Shown here: positions 1-10,400 of the stretch, piece after piece
How the letters are laid out: each line of letters begins with the position of its first letter
How positions within the stretch are numbered: the first letter of the stretch is position 1
Source: Vicugna vicugna
Taxonomy: Eukaryota
DNA length: 20,000 bases
Reading direction: 5' to 3'
Assembly (NCBI GenBank): GCA_013265495.1
Contig: MU058103.1
Location: 731,520-751,519 of the forward strand
The notes under the pieces: generated by a model
What the model was told of the DNA's origin: nothing
What the model saw: the letters and a program-made list of their open reading frames with translations, nothing else
Database searches by the model: none
Program-made: the position numbers and the translations under genes

Positions 1-1828
1 ATTTGAGGCTATCATTACCTTAATACCTAAACCCTACAAAAACACTACTACAGACTAATACCTCTTATGAACATAGATGCAAAAACCTTAACAAAAGCTT
101 AGTCAATAGAATTCATAAATATATAAAATAGATAATACATGCTATACACTTGGGGGTTATTACAGGAATGCAAGATTAACTTAACAGTAAACCACATGAT
201 CATCTCAACAGAGTCAGAAAAAAATATTCGAAAAACTTCCACATATATATCTGATGAAAACTCTTGAAACTCAAACTTGAAGAGAACTTCCTCAACCTGT
301 AAGGAGCAGAGATGGTGAAAGACTGAATGTTTCCTCCTAAGATCAGAAACTAAATGTGTCTGCCCTCACCACTTGTATTTACATATCACTGAAGGTTCTA
401 TTGTATGCCATGAGGGGAAAAGGGGGCAGGAGAGAGAGAGAGACTGAGATTGGAATGGAAAAAAACTGTCTTTATTTGCAAATGACATGATTGTCTATGT
501 AGAAAATCCTGTGGAAGCTACAAATACAGCTATGAAAGTAAGTTTAGCAAAGCTCCAGAATACAATGAAAGTTGAAATTTAATTTTTACCATACTATTTA
601 AAATAGTATCAGAAATGTAACATGCCTAGGGGTAAATCTGACAGATGCTAAGTAAAACATGTATACTGAAAGCAAATAAAAAAAATCATTGAAAATTTTA
701 AAGACCTAAATAAGTGGAGATATAATCTATGTTTATGAATTGTAAGACTGTATGTTAAGATTTTAATTCTCCCAAAATTTGTCTGTAGATTCAATGTAAT
801 TCCAAAAAAATGTCCCATCAGATGTTTTTGGTAAAAATTGAGAAGCTGATTCTAAAATTCATAAGACAATACAAAGTACCTGGAATAACCTGAAAACATT
901 GAAGAATAAGTGTAAAGTTGGAGGAATTATGCTACCTAATTTCAAGACTTACTATAATTCTACAGGAAAACACAGTGTGGTAGAGGCATAAAGATAGACA
1001 CACAGATCAATGGACCAGAATAGAGGTCCACAGAAATCCATACATTTTAGAACAATTGATTTTTGACAACAGCAGTTCAGTGGAGGAAAGATGGTCTTTT
1101 CAATAAATGGTTTTGGAAAAATTGGATATTCATATGCAAACATGTGGACTTGAATCCATACCTGTTACTGAATACAAAAATTAACATAAAGAATCATAGA
1201 TCTAAATTTAAAATATAAAACTATCAAACTTATAGAAGAAAATAGGAAGAAATTACTGTGGCCTTGGGTTAGGCAGTGTTTTTAGATCCAACACTGAAAG
1301 CAAGATCTATAAAAGTATACATAAATTGGATTTCATCACAATTAAATATTTTTGCTCTTTCATAGACACCACTAAGAGAATATTTAAAAAGATACAGACT
1401 TGGAAAAATTTTTGCAAATCAAATATTTGATAACAGATTTTATTCCAGGATATATAAAAACTCTCCATCATTATGATAAGTCAAACAAACCAATAACAAA
1501 AAATAAGATTTTTACAGACACTACATCAAAGAATACATGGGAATTGTGAATAGCCATCTTTCATTAACCATTAAGGAAATATAAATTAAACTACAAAGCG
1601 CACCACTACACACCTATGTCTAAAATTAAAAGCAATGATTACACAATTTATTGGCGAGGATATGGAGCAATTGGAAATCTCATATACTTCAGGTTGGTGT
1701 GTAAAATGCTAAAAGCCCTTGGGAAAACATTTTGGCAATTTAAACACACCTCCCATTGACACAGCTGTTACATTTTTAGGTATTTACCCAAGAAAAATAA
1801 AAGTATATATATATGAAGACTTAGAGGT
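1..1828 (+). mobile_element. Ancient LINE-1 (L1M, L1MD-like), decayed ORF2, left part of an interrupted element
   Basis: Degenerate ORF2 motifs read on +: FEAIITLIPKP (2-34), PLMNIDAKTLTK (~61-96), LSLFANDMIVYVENP (~466-510, RT FADD region). Many stops and indels. Ends at AAGACTTAGAGGT (1816-1828), which recurs at 4161-4173. Confidence 0.9.
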
Positions 1829-2126
1829 ATAAAATAATGCCATTTGCAGCAACATGGATGGACCTGGAGATTGTCCTTCTAAGTGAAGTAAACCAGAAAG
1901 AGAAAGAAAAATACCGTATATCACTCATATGTGGAATATTAAAAAAGAAAAACAGAGAACACTAATGAACTTATCTACAAAACAGAAACAGACTCACAGA
2001 CATAGTAAACAATCTTATGGTTATCAGGGCAAAGAGGGTGGAAAGGGATAAATTTGGGAGTTTATTACTTTGGGTGCAAATGTTAGCCATTATATATAAA
2101 AAATACATTAAAAGAAAATTTCTTCT
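1829..2126 (+). mobile_element. Intermediate-age 5'-truncated L1 (ORF2 end plus first part of 3'UTR), left part
   Basis: Reads [35 protein letters not shown], the L1 ORF2 C-terminus, followed by 3'UTR. Breaks at AAAATTTCTTCT (2115-2126). Confidence 0.88.
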
Positions 2127-3661
2127 AAATAGCACCCAAAGTAATAAAATATCTAGGAATAAATCTAACCAGGGAGGTGAAAGAATTATACACAGAAAAC
2201 TATAAACCACTGATGAAGGAAATTAGAGAAGACTTTAAAAAATGGAAAGATATTCCATGCTCTAGGAAGAATCAATATTGTTAAAATGGTCACACTGCCC
2301 AAGACAATCTACAGATTTAATGCAATCCCTATCCAATTACCCAGGACATATTTCACAGAACTAGAACAAATCATAATAAAATTTATATGGAACCATCAGA
2401 GACCTAGAATTGCCAAAGCATTACTGAAGAGAAAGAAAGAGGCTGGAGGAATAACTCTCCCAGACTTCAGACAATACATAGAGCTACAGTCATCAAGACA
2501 GCATGGTATTGGTACCAAAACAGACATATAGACCAATGGAATAGAATAGAGAGCCCAGAAATGAATCCACAAACTTTTGGTCAACTCATCTTCGACAAAG
2601 GAGGCAAGAATATACAGTGGAATAAACACAGTCTCTTCAGCAAATGGTGTTGGGAAAACTGGACAGCAGCATGTAAAGCAATGAAGCTAGAACACTCCCT
2701 GACACCATACATAAAAATCAACTCAAAATGGATTAAAGACTTAAACATAAGACAAGATACAATAAACCTCCCTGAAGAAAACATAGGCAAAACATTATCT
2801 GACATACATCTCAAAAATATTCTACTAGGACAGTCTACTCAAGTAATAGAGATAAAGGCAAGAATAAACAAATGGGACCTAATGAAACTTACAAGCTTCT
2901 GCAGAGCAAAGGAAACCATAAATAAAACAAAAAGACAGCCTACGGAATGGGAGAAAATTTTTGCAAATGAAACCGACAAAGGCTTGATCTCCAGAATATA
3001 TAAGCAGCTCACACGACTTAATAAGAAACAACCAAACAACCCAATCCAAAAATGGGCAGAAGACCTGAACAAGCAATTCTCCAAGGAAGACATACAAATG
3101 ATCAAAAAGCACATGAAAAAATGCTCAATATCACTAATTATCAGAGAAATGCAAATCAAAACTACAATGAGGTATCACCTCACACCAGTCAGAATGGCCG
3201 TCATTCAAAAATCCAAAAATGACAAATGCTGGAGAGGCTGTGGAGAAAGGGGAACCCTCCTACACTGCTGGTGGGAATGCAGTTTGGTGCAGTCACTGTG
3301 GAAAACAGTATGGAGATTCCTCAAAAGACTAGGAATAGACTTACCATATGACCCAGGAATCCCGCTCCTGGGCTTGTATCCAGAAGGAACCCTACTTCAG
3401 GATGACACCTGCATCCCAATGTTCATAGCAGCACTATTTACAATAGCCAAGACATGGAGACAGCCTAAATGTCCATCAACGGATGACTGGATAAAGAAGA
3501 AGTGGTATATTTATACAATGGAATACTACTCAGCCATAAAAACCAACAACATAATGCCATTTGCAGCAACATGGATGCTCCTGGAGAATGTCATTCTAAG
3601 TGAAGTAAGCCAGAAAGTGAAAGAAAAATACCATATGAGATCGCTCATATGTGGAATCTAA
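2127..3661 (+). pseudogene. ORF2: L1 ORF2p C-terminal remnant (end of RT region plus Cys-rich C-terminal domain); includes ORFs 2286-2531 and 2561-3661
   Basis: Typical ORF2p motifs [38 protein letters not shown] and the CCHC knuckle [18 protein letters not shown] (3227-3280). Frameshifts near 2263 (in the expected CSWIGRINI motif) and near 2477. No endonuclease domain or RT catalytic core, so it is not functional. Confidence 0.95.
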
Positions 3662-3959
3662 AACAAAAACAAAAACAAACAAACAAAGCATAAATACAAA
3701 ACAGAAACAGACTCATAGACCTAAAATACAAACTTGTGGTTGCCAAGGGGGCAGAGGGTGGGAAGGGATTTCAAAATTGTAGAATAGATAAACAAGATTA
3801 TACTGTTTAGCACAGGAAAATATACACAAGATCTTATGGTAGCTTACAGAGAAAAAAATGTGACAATGAATATATGTATGTTCATATATAACTGAAATGT
3901 TGTGCCCTACACTGGAATTTGACACAACATTGTAAAATGATTATAAGTCAATAAAAAAA
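2127..3959 (+). mobile_element. Young 5'-truncated L1 (~1.8 kb: ORF2 3' part plus 3'UTR)
   Basis: ORF2 from KYLGINLT to ICGI-stop (3661), 3'UTR with a G-rich tract (~3747-3768), AATAAA at 3950-3955. The 3'UTR is homologous to the minus-strand copies at 19316-20000. Confidence 0.97.
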
Positions 3960-3968
3960 TTTTCTTCT

Positions 3969-4160
3969 GTATAGCACAGGGAACTATATTCAATATCTTG
4001 TAATAACCTTTAATGAAAATGAATATATGCATGTATATGCATGACTGGAACATTGTGCTGTACACCAGAAATTGACACACTGTAACTGGCTATACTTCAG
4101 TTAAAAATAGTATCAGTCAATCAATAAATAATAAAAATAAAAAGAGAAAATGAAAAAAAA
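3969..4160 (+). mobile_element. Intermediate-age L1 3'UTR, right part, with degenerate A-rich tail
   Basis: GTATAGCACAGGGAACTATATTCAATATCTTG continues the 3'UTR broken at 2126. A-rich tail at ~4103-4160, then the TSD copy. Confidence 0.88.
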
Positions 4161-4615
4161 AAGTCTTAGAGGTGAATGTCTATAGCAACATTATATGTGA
4201 TAACCCCAAACTAGAAACAACCCAAATATCCATCAACAAGTGAGTGGAAATATAAACTGTTGTATGGCCATATGATAAAATTTTTCAATAAAAGTCAATG
4301 AAAAGGAATGAACCTCTGACACATATAGCAATGTAGAGGAATCTCATAATATTATTCTGTGATAAATAAGCCAGATTTTAAAAAGCTTGATTTCCATGTA
4401 TGGAAAATTCTAGAAAGTGTAAACTAATTTATAGTAACTGCTAGTGAATCAGTAGCTACCTGGGGACAGGGAATGGGCTGGAGAGGGGGATTAAAAGGGG
4501 TAAGAGGAACTTTTTGGTGACAGTTACATTCATTATCTTAATGCTAGTAATAGTTTTGCGAGTATATATGTAATTCAAGGATTGACAGGTTGTACACTTA
4601 AAGCATGCAAGTTTG
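4161..4615 (+). mobile_element. Ancient L1 (L1MD-like) ORF2 end and 3'UTR, right part
   Basis: GAATGTCTATAGCAACATTATATGTGATAACCCCAAACTAGAAACAACCCAAATATCCATC is the expected continuation of the element broken at 1828. The 3'UTR resembles the recalled L1MD consensus. Confidence 0.85.
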
Positions 4616-4679
4616 AAAGAGTTGAAAAATAGAGATCGAGGCAAGCAATGGTAAAGACAGAGCAAAGATGGCTGCAGAA

Positions 4680-4800
4680 CACTTTTATCCCTTGTACTCA
4701 GAGCCTCGGACCATATTCTTCAGGCAGTGCAGATGCCTTGAAGGCTGTTAGTGGGGCAGTAACATGATTTGTGTTTTAGCAACATGGCTGGCAACAGAAA
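4680..4800 (-). mobile_element. L2 fragment
   Basis: GCCTTGAAGGCTGTTAGTGGGGCAGTAACATGATTTGTGTTTTAG resembles the antisense L2 consensus (recalled). Confidence 0.5.
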
Positions 4801-4960
4801 AGGGAGACCTCTGGCAATACAAATTTTTTTTTAAACATGTTAATAGAATTGCAATAAGTGTTCCAAATAATCTCTGCAGGATTTCCAGTGAAACCAATTA
4901 GCATTCATTTGAAAAAATGCTAGTGGGGTTTGGGACTTATTCTGTAGCCATTAAAACAAA

Positions 4961-5057
4961 TTGGCCCACACTGGCTTCCAAGCTAGTAAGTGGCAGAGCA
5001 ATGACTTAAAACCAAGACTATCTGATTTCAGTGCCAATTTCTCTTTCTGCTACACTT
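4961..5057 (-). mobile_element. MIR SINE fragment
   Basis: AGCTAGTAAGTGGCAGAGC...AAACCAAGACTATCTGATTTCAG matches the antisense MIR head. Confidence 0.75.
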
Positions 5058-5928
5058 GCCCTCCCCAACCTGCACACTAATCTCTTTCCAAAACCTAGTG
5101 GTGATGAGGACTTGTGCAATCAAATGAGAATTTTCAGGATTTCCTTCAGATCAGAACATGGAACATGTGTAACATTATGAAGAGCCTGGTTCTTAATGGG
5201 AGCTGAATAGGCTGTACGTTCACACCCTGAAGCATGCTGCCCTCATAGTTTACATCTACACCCCTTTTTTGAAAAGATGAGTCACATTCTAAGATCATCC
5301 CCTAAGCTGCACATATTAAAAGTGATTAGAATGGCAAGTCATTGTCTTGCTTAAGGGCAATGAATTCAATAGACCGTGGATTCTCCATTGGCACAGAGCA
5401 CCATATTGGTTTAAGAACAGCGTCTCTAAGCTAGTCCAGATTAGATTGTTTCTCAGGGAAGCTCTAAGAGTAAAGAGAATAGAAAGCAAGAATGCCACAT
5501 TTAAATTAATTTGGCAAATGAGAGGTTAAACTTTAAGATTTGCAGTCTCTCTGGAAACATGAAAAGCAATTACCCCATTCCATCCTGTTTGGAAATTTTT
5601 GAAGAAATTTGACATTTTGACGGTCTGTAGTGTCAGTCATTCATTCTGTGGCAAATGAATGGAAACCTACATAAAACTTGCCTGTCTGGTTTTTCAAAAT
5701 TGTTGAACAAAAACTCTCTTTGGACCTTGGCTAATAGTACTAATCAAAACTTTAATAATAGACTTGTCATTTACCCTTTTCATTATAAATTGGATGGGTC
5801 TGGAGACAGAATGTAGTTTTCACACAAAAGAATGAGCTATGTGTATTTCAGGCTTGTTACAAAGTCAAGGAATAAAAGGGAATAAAACTGGGCCTAAGGA
5901 TTAAGAAATTCCTTCCTAATTTGGCTAA

Positions 5929-5931
5929 TTT

Positions 5932-6011
<80 letters not shown>

Positions 6012-6135
6012 TTCTTTCTTTCTTTCTTTCTTTTCTTTCTTTTCTTTCTTTCTTTCTTTCTTTTCTTTCTTTTCTTTCTTTCTTTCTTTCTTTTCTTTCT
6101 TTTCTTTCTTTTCTTTCTTTCTTTTTTTTTTTTTT
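5929..6135. repeat. (TTTC)n microsatellite ending in poly-T; ~207-bp pure pyrimidine tract
   Basis: Directly visible. Pure TTTC to ~6010, then TTTTC-interrupted units, then a T run at 6122-6135. Confidence 0.99.
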
Positions 6136-6164
6136 AAGTCCTAGAGAGGAAAACGGGACTGGTT

Positions 6165-6290
6165 CTCATTTACTCATTAGTTCTCATTCAGTTGCTTATT
6201 GAGCCAAACAGGCATCACTGTGCACTATGCAGAGTAGTAAGGACTATGGGAACAGCTTAGACTGCCTGTGTTTGCAGCTCATAGTGGAAA
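6165..6290 (-). mobile_element. L2 3' end fragment
   Basis: CTCATTCAGTTGCTTATTGAGCC...CACTGTGC resembles the antisense L2 tail (TTCATTCAACAAATATTTATTGAGCAC...GGCACTGTGC). Confidence 0.55.
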
Positions 6291-6301
6291 TTAATAGAAC
6301 A

Positions 6302-6513
6302 AAAGGATTAAAATGCATGTCTTGGCTTTTGATAAAACTAGGTTCACATTCTGACTTTGCCCACGCTGTCTCTGATGAACTTATTTACATGTCTAAGCCT
6401 TTTATTCTTATCTGTGATTAACTCTAACAGTAATACACACCTCTTAGGATTTCAGTGAAGGTCACATGATGTCTTGTATCCAAAACACTTGGACCCTGTG
6501 CTGGGTGTATTAT
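6302..6513 (+). mobile_element. MIR SINE
   Basis: CTAGGTTCACATTCTGACTTTGCC (B-box region) and TCTAAGCCTTTTATTCTTATCTGTGA (core), in MIR order. Confidence 0.6.
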
Positions 6514-6579
6514 GACAATACATTGCACATTATCTTCATGTACTTGGACATATTTTTACAGAGCAGTGGAATTAAGTGT

Positions 6580-6775
6580 GGGTCAGGTACTTTGCATGTG
6601 CTTTCTCACTTAGCCTTTCATAACGCCTCTATTTCATTTTGCCAGTGTGGAAACTGAGAAACAGAATATTTAAGAAACTTTCTTAAAATCATTCAGTTGG
6701 TAAATGGCAGAGTCAAGACTTGATCAAGTTCCTTCTGTTCTCAAGCCCATGTGTTTTCTACTGTACAATGCTTCT
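6580..6775 (-). mobile_element. MIR SINE
   Basis: CATTTTGCCAGTGTGGAAACTGAGAAACAGA...CAGTTGGTAAATGGCAGAG is the antisense MIR core. Confidence 0.8.
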
Positions 6776-7204
6776 GCTTTCTAAGTTAAAATTAAAAAAG
6801 GAAAGAATACCACAAGAAATATTCATTTATTAGTGAAAATCTTTTGGTACAATTCTATTACTAACCAAATCTGCATATTTATATCAGTATCTATATGTAA
6901 AATTAAATTGTAAAAGCAAATATAAATTTTGTTATTCAACAACATGCTTTTGCAAAGAATTGCACAGTGAATATGCTCTCTCTTCTCACAAGTTTTTATA
7001 CAAATGAATCTTGGATCAATTTTCCAGCCGTGTTTATGGTGATTGCACTTGCTAAGCCAAAATTTAAGAGACTGTTCTGAATACAAGTACTATTTCTTCT
7101 TAAAATTGCATGGAAAGCCTAACATATTAAGCAAAATAGTTAGAATCCCCTTTAAAAGTATACGAAGCAGTATAGGTTGAGAAGGCTGGCTGTAGTACAA
7201 GCCG

Positions 7205-7455
7205 TATCATATAGTGGTTACGTGAGGTTAGATAAATGAGGCTAATGGAGATTGGAGAGATTAGCGCTCAGAGCTCTGCCTCAGTCTCTATCTGTGTAGC
7301 CATGGGCAAGAGAATCTTTCAAGTTCAGTTTTCTCAACTGTAGAGTAGAAATAGTGATAGCAAATAGCCCCTATGCATGGTGCTCTTCTAAGGATTAAAT
7401 GAGATCATGGTGCAGGTCAGTTAGCTCAGTGCCTGACGTGGAGCACTGAATAAAC
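7205..7455 (+). mobile_element. MIR SINE, near full length
   Basis: ATAGTGGTTA head, CTGTGTAGCCATGGGCAAG, CAGTTTTCTCAACTGTAGA core and AGGATTAAATGAGAT...CAGTGCCTGAC tail. Confidence 0.8.
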
Positions 7456-7861
7456 TGGATGTGATTGCTGATGCTGTGTGGTTGTGTAGGTTTCCATAGT
7501 GAATTCTGTTCAAGTTCAGGTGAATCCACAAGGATAGATAAGTGTATGAGATGATGTTTTGGTGGAAACATTTGTTCCCCAGAAAGCACTCCATTTTTAA
7601 TTCCCTTTCAATCTTTCTAATTGCTTCAGAGAAGGTTTTTCAATGAATTAGGAGTTAGTGCACACCTAAAAACACCTGACAATCTTCATTTGAACCAGAG
7701 GCTCAGTGTGAAAGACTAAGCTTGTCTTTCTCAGCCCATAGCTGCTGCAGGAGTGAGAGATGGGGTTCGAAAGGTGCAGGCTTTAGGGGTACCGGCAAGC
7801 TAAAATTGTACAATAGTCTGTATATTTATAACAGAGGACAGAACTGTTTCATCTAAAGATA

Positions 7862-8862
7862 ACATGACCCAGTGCCTAGATCTTGGTTTCTAGTACTATT
7901 CTCCAATAGAACTCACACAAACTCCATGGATAAATGGCTGATTTTAGAGCTGAGACATAGAATATATAAGATAAACCTGGAACATCTTGTAGTGCCTGAA
8001 ATTAAGGAATTGCTCAAAACACAAAATGAGGAGGATATGCCAAAAAACACAGAAGCCAACTGGAAAAGCTCCCAATGGCCAAAGCTGGAATAATTTGAAT
8101 AACAAAATCAATAATGTAGTATTGACCTGTGCATACAAAATGAAATCCACATGATATAAATAAATGATAGGATAAAAAAATAAGTAAGAGGGAGATAAAT
8201 CTCCCATATAGACGAATTTCAAATATTTTATGTAAATACTTACCCTTCTATGCCTTAATTATGGACTATGCTTAGTGACTTGCTTACCAAGAATACAGTA
8301 TGGAAAGGGCGGAAAATAACTTCCCAGTGGAGAATCCTGACATATACTACCTTAGCTAGTTAAGTTTAATATCACCAGTGATGAATCTCAGTAAGTGCTG
8401 AGAATATACCCTTGGTAAGGACTGAAAATGGTAAGTCACCTGTGGGGTCTTCCTGCCCCAAACCCATTACCCGAGCCTAATTATAAGAAAAAGCATCAGA
8501 TGAACCTAAGTTGAGGAACATTTTATAAAATACCTGACTAATACTTTTCAAAACTGGCATGGTCATCAAGGACAATCTCAGAAACAGTCGCAGCCCAGAG
8601 GAACCTAGGGAGACATGACAGCTAAATGTAATGTGCTGTCCTGAATGGAACAGGAAAAGGGCATTAAGGAAATCTAATAAACTATGATAAAGTATGGAGT
8701 TTAGTTAATAAGAATGTATCAATATTGATTCATTGATTGGAACAAGTGTGCCTTATCAATATATTAACAAATATGGGAAAGTAGGTGCAGGATATACAGA
8801 AACTGTTCTGTCTTTCCAACTTTTGTGTAAATCTAGAACTATTCTAAAATAAAGAAAAAAAG
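7862..8862 (+). mobile_element. Ancient L1 distal 3'UTR (L1MC3/L1MC4-like)
   Basis: AAATGGCTGATT...CCTGGAACATCTTGTAGTGCC, AGCTCCCAATGGCCAAAGCTGGAA, GGAGACATGACAGCTAAATGTAATGTG and terminal TGTAAATCTAGAACTATTCTAAAATAAA match the recalled L1MC-group 3' end. Confidence 0.85.
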
Positions 8863-8917
8863 AGATAATATGAAAGATATTCCTACTCAGAGTATAATAC
8901 TTTCTTATAAAATGATT

Positions 8918-9437
8918 TTCAGTGTCCAACATGGCAGCTGTTAGCACCTATGGCCATTTGAGTACATGAAATGTGGGTAGTCTCAAATGAGATCTGCTTT
9001 AAGTATAAAATACACACCTGGTTTGGGAAACTTAGTCCACATAAAAAATGTGAAATACCCTTATTAATAATTTTTTATTGATTACATATTGAAATGATAT
9101 TTTGGACACGTGCATCTTTTTTTTTTTAACATTGTTAACTGTTTTTATTTATTTATTGTTAACGGAGGTACTGGGGATTGAACCTAGGACCTTGTGCTTG
9201 CTAGGCACGCACTCTACTGCTGAGCTATACCTTCCCCCGAAATGATATTTTGAATACATTAGATACATATATTTGAATTTTTATATAAAATATATGATTA
9301 AATTAATTTCACCCATTTACATTTACTTTTCTTAATGTGACTACAAAAACACTAAAAATTTCTTATGTGGCTCGCATTTTGTTTCCAAATAGACATTTTA
9401 CTTTAAGTTTCTTTATGTTTCTATTGGACAGCACGCT
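8918..9437 (-). mobile_element. MER33-like non-autonomous hAT-Charlie DNA transposon, interrupted by a SINE
   Basis: Inverted ends (CAG)TGTCCAA at ~8920-8929 and TTGGACA(GC) at ~9424-9432. Internal TGAAATGTGGGTAGTC, TAAAATACACACC and TATGTGGCTCGCATT match the antisense MER33 consensus (recalled). Confidence 0.85.
9105..9238 (-). mobile_element. tRNA-derived SINE (camelid Vic-1-like)
   Basis: Minus strand reads GGGGGAAGGTATAGCTCAGCAGTAGAGTGC...GGTCCTAGGTTCAATCCCCAGTACCTCC, with Pol III A and B boxes and an A-rich tail. Perfect 14-bp TSD GAAATGATATTTTG at 9091-9104 and 9239-9252. Confidence 0.93.
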
Positions 9438-10069
9438 TCCAAGCTATTAACAAGGATATTTTAGTAAAACAGGGTATGTGTTCTGTGTGTTTACTTAAAT
9501 GTTTGTATATATGTGGATTTTTCCATATAATACTGTTTTTGTTGCTATTGTAATTTTTTAATAGAAGATAACCCAAACACTTGAAGAAGAAGTCCAAACA
9601 AAAAGTTTCAGTCTTGGGTGCAGATTTTCACATATAGTTATTTACCTACTTGAGATAGCACCCCAGGCTAGACTAGGTCCTGTGTAGGTTGATGGGTGGT
9701 CTTGGAGTCCAACTTCTCACCTCAGATGCTGCTTGCAGGGCCTGTCTGCTATGTATCTAGGATCGCTTTTTGCATTATTTTCCCCAAGGATTCTACAAGA
9801 TACTGCATGATCAGTGTATTGCAGAGACAGACAAAGTAGAGAGACATTCTTCCCTCCCTTTAATCTAAAACTGTAGGTGCCCTTCCCATGAAAAGTGTAA
9901 CTATATCTCAACCTTTCAAACTCCCATTGCCTGAAATAATGTGAGTAAAAGAGCACCAATCTTATTAATGTTGCCTTCTGGGTGATACCTGGTGATTAAA
10001 AAAAAAAAATAGAAGAAGAAAAGGAACAGAATAAACTGCCATTTTCTTCCTTTTGTACCGGGAAAAGGC

Positions 10070-10400
10070 CTCATTCTTTAAGATTTAGCTTCAGGCACTT
10101 CTCATTGTCAAGATTTTTCTCATCCCAACTTTAAATGTCTCTGTACTCCTAGTATACTGTCTTTGACAATATCTCATCGTAGTCTTGTCAGGATGGTAGA
10201 GATATGTCTCAGTCACTCAGTTTTGAGATCCCATGTCTCTTCTAGGGTAGCAAGACATGGGAAAGGATTTTCAAGACTGACCTAGGTGCCATTCCTCCTT
10301 TAAACAAACACAGATCCAATTAGGAGCCAAATAAAGATAGGAAAAGCTATCAGGACCATATAAAACAACAGGTAGTTAATAAATGACTGAATGAATGAGC
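10070..10400 (+). mobile_element. L2 fragments including the 3' terminus
   Basis: TCATTCTTTAAGATTTAGCTTCAGGCAC and terminal CAGGTAGTTAATAAATGACTGAATGAATGA resemble L2. The middle part is uncertain. Confidence 0.5.

Noticed and set aside
952..3925. Minus-strand ORFs (952-1143, 1971-2210, 2396-2629, 2581-2814, 2839-3159, 2879-3112, 3713-3925)
   Set aside because: These are antisense frames of L1 sequence, a well-known source of spurious predicted proteins.
5638..5661. Hairpin CATTCATT-N8-AATGAATG
   Set aside because: An 8-bp AT-rich stem is expected by chance in 20 kb.
5921..6202. 93-aa Phe/Leu/Ser-rich ORF resembling a membrane protein
   Set aside because: It is the translation of the TTTC microsatellite, which cannot contain stop codons.
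6302..6775. Inverted MIR pair as a dsRNA substrate
   Set aside because: Both copies are highly diverged, so stable pairing is unlikely. The same applies to the MIR cluster at 12000-13150.
7030..7100. GATTGCACTTGCTAAG as a miR-25/92-family precursor
   Set aside because: Only the seed-like part matches, and the flanks do not form a convincing pre-miRNA stem.
9165..9238. tRNA gene
   Set aside because: A and B boxes are present, but the A-rich tail and 14-bp TSD identify it as a SINE.
9474..9620. 91-nt intron (GTATGT...TAATAG) followed by an exon reading KITQTLEEEVQTKSFSL
   Set aside because: No convincing upstream exon (it abuts the MER33-like end), a weak downstream donor, and no recognisable protein.
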